DNA of 50,409 nucleotides from Catajapyx aquilonaris (Eukaryota): NCBI GenBank assembly GCA_000934665.2, contig JYFJ02001142.1, positions 124,001 to 174,409 of the forward strand, read 5' to 3'. Shown piece by piece: positions 41,054 to 50,409 of this stretch (position 1 is its first letter; each line of letters starts with the position of its first letter). The notes under the pieces were generated by a model. It saw only the letters and a program-made list of their open reading frames with translations, ran no database searches and was not told where the DNA came from. The position numbers and the translations under genes were made by a program.

Positions 41054-41977
41054 ATCTCATGCAGACATGGTAATGAGTGACAAATGCAATTTTCTGTAAG
41101 CCTGCACCTACCCCTCTATTGAAAACTTGAAAACTAGTTTATGCAACAAACTCGCAATTTTTCCTTGGTAGCCATGACCGTGACCTTTCCATCGTGAAAG
41201 CTTTCGATGCCATGTACACTAAACATGCCAACCTCTGGGCCATAAAATGATAACCATAGACTGCAATAAGTTTCTGTCACATATTTGCTAAATATGACTA
41301 CTCATCAAACAAAGATACTGTCTTTTAATATTATTTTGATGATATTAATGCCGCTCCTGCGAATCGATTACCTGACCGACCTGCTCCGATAACAACATGC
41401 CAAGCGTATCATATATTATTGTAATATTACGCCTGTTTCGCTTCCCAGCAAGTTTTGTGTCTCATCACGGTCAAGACCTTTTTGAACCTACTTTTACTGC
41501 TGCTTGATTCCATTCCTAGTTTGAGATTCAGGCTCAGCAGCTGCTTCCACCTGGATCAAGTGGTCCACACTTGCTCCTATACAGCCCTATCATCCTACGC
41601 CCAACAGGAGAGAGCGCCACAGTCTGACTCCTTTCTCATTCGCTCCATCCCTCTCTTCGCCCTCTCCCGAAGGACCCATAAAAATTCATGACCCAACCAC
41701 TCCGCCCTTTCCACTTGCCAATTTTCGCCACCTAATGGATTTTATTATTTAATATCCATACCAACCCCGCCATGCAACTTCCTAGTCATGATGATCTTCA
41801 TCCCTCGTAATGTCAAGTGCTCTTTTTTGTTACAACTTATTCGCGCTAATTATTAAAGTTATTTGTTCAGTTGCCAAATAATTACCTTCAGACTATATAC
41901 AATGTATCACAGCCTACCATTATACGATCCATGAGATAAGCACAGTATGTTGTCAAGTAGATATCCTATACACACAG

Positions 41978-42069
41978 CAGGGTGTTCCAGGTTCGTGGGT
42001 CACTTTTTGATAACTGCTATTGGGCGATATCAGTTATCAAAAAGTGACCCACGAACCTGGAACACCCTG
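41978..42069. mobile_element. Tc1/mariner-type mini-MITE, 92 bp
   Basis: 39-bp perfect inverted arms CAGGGTGTTCCAGGTTCGTGGGTCACTTTTTGATAACTG; TA on the right flank only. Confidence 0.8.
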
Positions 42070-43891
42070 TATATATTGGTATCGACATTTCAAACTCTCA
42101 AACACGAAGTAATTGCCCGCGTTTATTAATGTACAATGTTTTAGTGTTACCTGATGATCAAAAGCATTTAGGTACATCGTGTATAAGCCTATGTTACCGA
42201 TACTTAAACTAACTGCGGGCATCCCTCGGAGAGAGTGAGAAAAAAAGAGCGGTTTTAATAAAGGCTTAGTACTCGCGTATAAAGTCCACAGTGAGTTATC
42301 TTTCCCCTCTGCTACTCTGCAAATTCCGCTTTTAGCAGTCATATATATGTAGGGACGTGGGACAGGGGCAAAAGTGCCTAGGGTCAAAAGTGCGAGTCAA
42401 CAGTGACGTTGCGGTCCAATCGCATCCGAGCCTCTGCTCTGTATCTTGATGCTCTGCAATTACGCTTGTCGTTTCTGCGATATTGTTCTGGGCGGAAATA
42501 AAGTACAATGAAACCCAAATAATTGGACTGGTTCGCAGTGACGAGAGCTCGCCCGCCAACCAGTCACAAAGGGACGGCCCGGGACATAGGCCGCCGCCTG
42601 CTTCATGCACACACATATACTCGTACTCACATACACACAAATCGGTTGCAGCCTCTGCTGTACTGCTTTTTCCACTAAATAAACTACTGTATTTATATGC
42701 TTTTGTTTTATGCTCGATAACATGCGGGCCATTTTTCTCTCGTCATATTACCAAAGAGCCTATTTCGCATTACGACCTGCTAAAGAATAGCTTCCAGCAC
42801 TTGTGTAGGGATGTGCTCTGCTCACGTAATTATAATTATATAATGTACACCGTACTCCCAACTGCCTAGCACTCAGAACTTAGCTAGTTACATTCTGCAT
42901 AATCAGGAAGGTTTTTATATACAGTATACAGTACACAGTATACCACATTTTACCACATTAACGTGATATTACTGGGTATAACAGATTGTTACTTTTTCCG
43001 AAGGAGCAACAACTTGAAACCTGAATGCATAAGTGTAATGTTAGAGTGGCCATTAACCTAATGATTAAAGCATGGCTACCTCTCTCATGGCTATCAAAGG
43101 TTGGTACAACAATATGCATGTAGCCTACTCGTATTTCAGGACATATAGACACATGAATGAGAGTGTCTGCAGTCACATTAAAAGGCAACGCAAAATAATT
43201 ACCAAACGTATGCTAAAATTAGGGGATAAAATGGGGCCATGTCAGTTTGGCCCCGTTTGGACCCTTGATGTGGCGGATTTGAATGATATTCTAGGATTAT
43301 GGTGACACCGCGTGTTGTACCAAAGCGTTTTGAAAGTTTTTGAGCCCCACGGGTGCCCACTGTGGGATATGTTATCACTTATCAGTGTTCACCAGAGGAA
43401 TATTTAACAGCAAGATGACATCCATAATTACTGGCTTATTAAATGTACTTAAGCCCCCCCCCCCCCTTCATATGACGTCATTATAAATGTGTATACCCAA
43501 CTTGCGAATTGCCCCACCTTGCTCAGCACAAATGTTGAGATGCAAGTTGCTGGGATGACCACTGGTGAGTGTAAGATTCACTTGGTCGCATTTGGTAGCC
43601 CCATCCCTGCCCCAACCCCACGCCCCACCCCCCAGCTGAGATCATGCCTCCCAAACCACAAACACAAATTAATTGTTGTTGCAGGCATTTTTGGCGGGTG
43701 TATGGGCAATTTGGCCTGGTCACCTTCTGAAATGTTTTAAATGTTGCAAGCATTTTAACGTCCTCAGTGTTACAGACTGTACATGAAATAAATAGGAATA
43801 TGTCACTGTGATACGACACCATAATTATTGTAACAACGAACATCCAGAAATACAACCAACAAAAGCGATCTATCACCAAAATAATGGAAGA

Positions 43892-44065
43892 GGGCAGGAT
43901 GGTGTGATGGCTAACGTCACAGCCGCTTCCATTTGTGGGATCCTTATTCGATTCCCTGGTCAGGCAGAGGACACCGTCTTACTCACGTGAAATTAGTTTT
44001 GAGATGCCATTTCCGTGTTTTCGCAGGGCTTTCCCGTGTTCTACTTCTGATTCCTCCCACATAAG
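43892..44065 (+). mobile_element. tRNA-derived SINE, family 2 (5' part)
   Basis: A-box TGGTGTGATGG; B-box-like ATTCGATTCCC (43946-43956); downstream CAGGGCTTTCCCGTGTTCTACTTCTGATTCCTCCCACA; shares its head with the copy at 33061. Confidence 0.6.
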
Positions 44066-45001
44066 AAAGATATCACTTCCACCTCTCCCTCCATGCACAT
44101 AATTATAGCCTTAGTTGATTTGGCTCGCTTAACTAACCAACCAAAATACTGACCCTTTTGAAAAAGGACATTTGGTACCATGATTGAAATTGAGTTGGTT
44201 ATAACATGGTCCACGAATGAGGAGGTGAGATGCAAAGTGCATCTCTAATCATTTTGTATTTCAGGTCTTCATGAGCTGACGTGATTGGAGGAAACGTCCC
44301 CCTCCCTCCCTACCTTCTCACATTCCAAAAAATTGGCGCCTATAATTGCAATACATTCCCTCTATCCCCAACCTTTCTTAAATTACGAAGTTCTTAGATT
44401 GCATGTCCGAGTTTTTTTGCATCATTATTATAAGTATACTGCAGTGCCCCTTGAAGTGTTTTTGATTGATTGTTAAAAACAAAAAGACCCATATGTCACC
44501 CACTCACCCTGCATATAAATTGTTGAAATAAACCACTGGACCACTTCTTGTCGTGAAATATTCAAACACTTGTTGCATCGAGTTGACATTCCACTGACAT
44601 GACAAGATCTGCTATGTAATCAATATTTGGTATTTTGTCTCCCACAAAATTGACATTTTACTTACACTATAATAATTATTGCGATTCTACATGATGCTGC
44701 CTGCTCATATCAGGAGTGGTTGTTGGTTTAATACTGTATACACATGCGTTCTGTTTTGTCCATAGTAACTGAGAGGAATCATTCTCCAGTCGCAACCTAC
44801 GTGCCACCAAGAACGACCTGAAACCTTAGGCCTACCTTAGACTACATAGATGGGAAATGAAGCTACCGTGTCCAGGTACATTGTATCCTGTGTTAGTCCT
44901 TGCCCAGGGACCATTTTGCAGGTAGAGAGGTGGGAAGAGAGTGCGTGTGGAAGTATATGGGCGGGGCACGCACATACTAATACAGCACGTATGTGCTATA
45001 C

Positions 45002-45005
<4 letters not shown>

Positions 45006-45070
<65 letters not shown>
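45006..45070. repeat. (AG)n microsatellite
   Basis: Read directly; 65 nt. Confidence 0.97.
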
Positions 45071-45071
<1 letters not shown>

Positions 45072-45595
45072 GCAGGCGAATGGAAGCGGAGCAAAGAGCA
45101 AGGGCCTGAGGCCGGATTGAGATTTGGTGCTGGAGCTGCTGCAGGTCGGCGGCCAGGGCGAGATGGGCCTCGGCGGCAGGGAGGCAGCACCAGAGGAGAG
45201 TAGTTGCCACCACTATACCAGCATGCTATCCTATATACTATACACACACCCATCCTCTCCTGCAGAGCCCCCAGGACTTGACCTCTGCCGGTGTCGTTAA
45301 TCCCTCTCTTCTGCTATCATCTGCTGGCTCTCTCTTCTCAACTCCCTCTGGCACTCTGGCTATAGTCCTATAGTCACCCCCTTTTTCCTCTCATTTCATG
45401 CCTACCCTTCATCGGAGTACAGTCGACGCAATACGATGCAGTTCCCTGCACTGGGGATGTGCGATATCAGGATTCGCATGCCGAAAATAATTATTGATGT
45501 GGCACAAATATTTCAACGCAATATGTTGATAATTGAAATGTCACAATATTATTGAAGATTGCATATGGCCGATGTCTACTTGCCACGATGCAATC

Positions 45596-45745
45596 CAAGG
45601 GGGTAATCACTCCACTGAAAAGTGTACACTGGAGTACCATGAATTCAAGGAGTACCACGGAGTAATAAAGAGTGAGGTACCTGAGGAGTACCAGGGAGTA
45701 CCACTCCCAGGTGTACACCAGAGTACCGAAGTGATTACCCCCTTG
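45596..45745. mobile_element. hAT-like (or P-like) MITE, 150 bp
   Basis: Perfect 16-bp TIR CAAGGGGGTAATCACT; 8-bp flanking duplication ATGCAATC / ATGAAATC; internal GGAGTACC repeats. Confidence 0.8.
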
Positions 45746-46134
45746 ATGAAATCATCACGTGTTGCATATATCGCGCAAATAATTTATACAGTAGATGAAT
45801 ACAGAGATCAAAGTCACAGATGGGGACAGCATGGCAATGTGGAGGAATAAGTTTTACTTGGAAATATTGAGCGTTCTTCAACCTCGGGCAAGTCCATTTT
45901 TGGAAGAAATTGCGTGACTTGCTGCTGACAATATGAGAAGCAGATGGATGGTATCTGCCATGCGCTTTCAGATCAATGTCACGTACCCTGAATATGGCAC
46001 ATGGGTGGAATTCGATTATTGAGCTTGGGTGAGGGAATAAACTCGATTTTAGTGCAAGAGAGACTTTTTCAGAAAACGCTTCAGAATGCGTTTCCTAAAT
46101 AATAAAGGTCAGTTTAAAGCATATCTTTACTGGC

Positions 46135-46166
46135 TTTCCTCAACAGAAAATTTCCTCAACAGAAAA
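46135..46166. repeat. 16-bp tandem duplication TTTCCTCAACAGAAAA x2
   Basis: Read directly from the sequence. Confidence 0.85.
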
Positions 46167-47459
46167 TAGTTTTTTTTGCGGCTGTCTCTCACAGCATGCA
46201 TGTACAGGACAACATATTCTCCCCATTCGTAACTTTATTAACAACGGCATAAAGGGTGGTGCACTGGTGCTCATTTCCATTTCAAGAGGGGTGTTGAGAA
46301 ATAAATTACGGATTGTCTACCCCAGAAACCAGTTTGGAGAAGAACTCAAACGGTATATCATTGCCATGGCAACTATACCAGTCGGATGGTTAAAATTTGA
46401 CAACGAGATGGTTTGACTCACGGTTGTTAGAGTATATCCTTTTGACTTTTGGCGGGATGATGCGGCACCTCGGCTAATCAGTAACTTCTCTTCGTCTTCT
46501 ATATACAAGTAGTATGTTTAATAGGATTATCAGTTGCCTGTGAACTTTTTGCCCACATTACCCTAAATATTAGGGTTCTTGGGCATTTTCCATTCCAATA
46601 AAATGAAACCTATATAGGATGGTTTGCATCAGTTTGCGATTTCTGTGATGATCATCTCTTACTCAGCACCAGCCGTAATCAGGCATCATTGAAACATCCC
46701 ATCTGCTCTGGTATCTTCTTTCTGCTTGTTTGATATCCTCAGAGTAGTTTTTATGAAGACGTATAATTCAATCCCCTTCCTTGGTAAGTGACAGGGCAAT
46801 GGCAGTCTGAATCCTCTCCATCGAAGAGATTCTATAGTAGCCGCCTCCAAAAAATGTCACACATATCATGCTTTCCTTCATTTTAAAACCAGTGAAGCTT
46901 TTCTTTACTGGCAGACATTTTTTTACCTTGAACCCTACAACCCCGTGAAAGTAAAGGCATCAGCCATGTGGAATATTATGACAGCGTTAATAATATTCTA
47001 AGCATTTTACTCGAGGCACTTTACACTGGCGGTAAATGGTAATGTAGAGTGTATTTATAATACAAAGCATTTATTCAACATTCTCTAGTCGACCTTACAC
47101 AAACGCAGTATACTCTTATCGCCTGCATACAGGACATATAATTTTACCCAATTTAGAATTGAATCTCCTTTCTGTAGCATCATTTGCAAAACATCCCCCA
47201 TGAAAAGCAGAAAAGGCCGGTAAGTGCATATGTCACTTCTTATTTCGAATCTCATGTATCAGAATGCCCTGATCAACAGGTGCGATGACAGTAGTGTTCA
47301 TGGGCAGGATTGCGTATGAGGACTGGAGACCCGTCGGAGAGAGACCAGGTCTATAGGGTTGGAGACTGAGTGAGAGGCCTGGAGCATCGGGTCCAGCACG
47401 AAGCGTCCGTCCCCCTGAATAAGAACCCTGTCCAGCACTGGACCAGAGATGAGGATGGG

Positions 47460-47461
<2 letters not shown>

Positions 47462-47491
<30 letters not shown>
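47462..47491. repeat. (AG)n microsatellite
   Basis: Read directly from the sequence. Confidence 0.95.
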
Positions 47492-47493
<2 letters not shown>

Positions 47494-47764
47494 GGAGATC
47501 TGTCCTATAGAGTACGTAATGGGTAACAAAGAGTGGTTGGAGGGCAGGTTGGCCTGGTTGGTTGGTATTGATGACCTACCTAGCCGGGGCCCAGCTATGT
47601 ATGCGGTAGCAGCAGCAACATCCGGGCTCGTCCGCTCATAGTTCAATGCCGGCTTACCTGCGGCCATTCAGCATTCAGCAGATAAGTGCCTCTGGCCACT
47701 GTACCCACTGCGAAAGGCCAATAATAATCCTGACATAGGATAGCCCCAAGGACCAACTTGCTGC

Positions 47765-47766
<2 letters not shown>

Positions 47767-47821
<55 letters not shown>

Positions 47822-47876
47822 AACCTCATTCCTACAGTGCATAGTGCAGCAGCTGCTCTCTCTCTCTCTCTCTCTC
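47767..47876. repeat. Two (CT)n microsatellites (47767-47819 and 47856-47876)
   Basis: Read directly from the sequence. Confidence 0.95.
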
Positions 47877-48445
47877 CCTCTCTACCTCTTCTCTCTTCCA
47901 GCCCAAAGCACCAAAGTACTGTACATATATGCACTCGCCTTGCTTCCATCCTGTATGGAAATCATCCAGCGCAAACCAGACCCCCCTTGCCCACCCTCAC
48001 CCCCCACTCTATATAACCGAAGAAGCTCGCAAAGAACAATCAGAAACCCGCGATTATTTCAGCCTTTGTTTGCGTTGTGCGGAATTCGGAGGATGAAAAG
48101 GTGTTTTTAGCATTTATCACAACGGCTGCAGTCTGGCTCATTTGATAGTTCTTTCAGAAAGATTGGCAGTTTGCTCGGATGAGGAATTATGGTATTAGAC
48201 CCCTGCTTTATTTGGTTTAAGCTGAACTTACTTTTATAGTGCAAGCTGAAAGTTTGGGAAAGCTCTACTTAGGGATTGCTCTAGGCGTGTGCAGGTTTTT
48301 GGAATGGTTCAAAACTGCAAATACTAAGTTATATGCTCCAGTTATACTATACACCTTCAGAATTAGGCCTACATTGTCAAACAAGTGCATAATGTACGAG
48401 TGTCGCAATAATTATATGATTACAATTATTTTATATTCTAAAATA

Positions 48446-48447
<2 letters not shown>

Positions 48448-48516
<69 letters not shown>
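48448..48516. repeat. (TTA)23 microsatellite
   Basis: Read directly; explains the poly-Tyr ORF 48239..48517. Confidence 0.97.
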
Positions 48517-48517
<1 letters not shown>

Positions 48518-50409
48518 GCTCACAGAACCATCAACTTGGGCAGAGGACCGCCCTGCATATTCACTCGCCGAAGCTGCATAAATTAATTATATAGTTATAC
48601 GGTTCAAGTTTGAATTGGCCAAGCTACAGGTTATACTTACGTGCTCGAAGTTGGACGTTTGAACAGAGTGCGCTTTACCTCCTCTGTCGCTTAGCTTATT
48701 TCGGCCTGAGCTAGTGGCCATGTCAAAGTTCAACTACAGTATAATATAACAAAACCACAGCGGGAAGGAGCAAGCCGATAGAGAAAACTTGCATTAGACT
48801 GTACGAAACTGTTCCAAATTCATATTGTTTTAAGCATGAAACATAATTCCAAACTTTCATATGCCTCCTCAATGTATGAGTTCTATTATAATCATAGAAG
48901 CCAGCATACAGGTACCCATCCAATAACATGACAAGGATCATGAGCAGAGAATTTTTCGAGAAACGTCTTAATATTATTTATACATCAGTAACAATAATTT
49001 CTCTCGATGCGGGTCGGTTGACACTCTTGCCGACTAAAAGTGCAAGGATTCACGATTATAACGAACTGGCGTGGCGTATGCTAGTTTTTTCCCCGCAAAA
49101 AGACAAGCAGGTACTCTGCAGTGTCATTTAATTTGGCGGGGCTCATATTCTCGCGGGAGTCCACCTTCATCATTTCAGGAACTGTACTATACATAACCCT
49201 TTTCCCATCAGAGACTCAAGATACAATGTGGTGGGTTTTTCGCCCCGAAGCAATAAATCCACCCACATTGTATCAGGTGATGACAAGTTACAAGTTAGAG
49301 CAGCGTGCTCCTGTCATGCAGTGGTATTCTGTCATATTATTATGGATTTCAGTGGTTACTCGTGATAGGTATAGATATTTTTAAAGTTTATTAGACGGCC
49401 TTATTGTGCCAATTCTTATGAATAAGCATAATGAATTAGCAGCACTAACTGTAAGTTATATAGCTGTGTTCACTCAGGTCTACATCTGTCGTGATGGGAC
49501 TGATTGGGTATTTGGTGCTGCTCTTCTACGGCAGTATTATCATTATTTGGGAAAGGGGAAAGAGTACACCTCTTATAGGTGCCAGCGATGACCATCAGGA
49601 ACACACGAGGGAGGAATCGTTGGATTGATTTAATAATTTGTTGGTTGGCTGGCTGATTATTATCTTATTCCTCCTGTGAGCCAATACGCTTGATAACCAT
49701 TAAAAGTAACTATGCAAAAGTAACTGCTACAATAAGCAGCTTATTGCCAACAAGTAGCTATATTAGTCAGACAAGTATTTTGTATCACACTCTATACACT
49801 GGGGCAGTAATAAATGTATATGCCACAGCCGCATATAGAATGCTCTTGGCATCAGGAATGAGTTCCAAGGAGTGTTTTTCATAATTATACTGTATTTTTG
49901 ACTGGTTCCGTTCGCAAAAGTCTATAGTGAAAATGCGTCTCCAGCGTGGTTCCCAGATAGCATTGATATAACTTAGCCGAGTCCCGAACGTGGCCGGTGT
50001 ATAGTGCTAAGCATGGTGGGATAAAATGTAACGCATGTCTGAGGAAAGTGGGGTGCGTGTGGAGGGACGCATATCTCATAGGATAAAGTTAAGACGTGAC
50101 GGATCTCACAATGCTTCAAGTGAATATCATCACGGTTGCACACTCAGCACTGGCTCCAACGAGACAGCATACTTTCAAATCATCTTTAACTACAATAGTA
50201 GATGAAATAACTACAGCACTTTGAGATATGATAAAGTCAGGATGAAATAACCCTGGCCTATTTACTAATGTATTTTGATTCTTTATAAACAAGAGAAATG
50301 CATGAATCGTCATCAATAATAAAGTCAAACTGACTTTATTTTTGCACTATTATTCTAAAAAGATTAAATACAAGTGCAGTTCACTGGCAGCTCTACAGTA
50401 TACGTAGGT

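Noticed and set aside
44832..45253. ORFs with ERERER / LSLSLS runs (also 2850..3056 and 47668..47949)
   Set aside because: They are translations of (GA/CT)n microsatellites
45620..45730. CRISPR-like repeat array (GGAGTACC repeats)
   Set aside because: Repeats are only 8 bp, irregularly spaced and inside a TIR/TSD-bounded element in eukaryotic DNA; no cas genes
48239..48517. ORF with a poly-tyrosine tail
   Set aside because: It is a translation of the (TTA)n microsatellite

Overview
Eukaryotic genomic DNA, most likely from an arthropod/insect (spliceosomal GT-AG introns including ~60-nt introns, microsatellites, MITEs, tRNA-derived SINEs); the species cannot be determined from sequence alone. 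Two spliced protein-coding genes can be rebuilt by hand. (1) A 6-coding-exon inositol monophosphatase on the minus strand (35487->29968, 274 aa). (2) A 3-coding-exon secreted 112-aa protein on the plus strand (39514->40938) with two tandem 6-Cys beta-defensin-like modules, resembling tick carboxypeptidase inhibitor / scoloptoxin-19-like proteins. A CpG-rich promoter and first exon at ~26978-27240 (minus strand) suggests a third gene whose large intron(s) probably cover positions 1-27 kb; no coding exon for it was recognised. Non-coding DNA holds non-autonomous DNA transposons (Kolobok/T2-like with TTAA, Tc1/mariner-like with TA, Harbinger-like with TAA, hAT-like with an 8-bp TSD), two SINE families and microsatellites. 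Nearly all ORFs in the supplied track are spurious. I found no prokaryotic-type system (CRISPR, operon) and no convincing novel multi-gene system.
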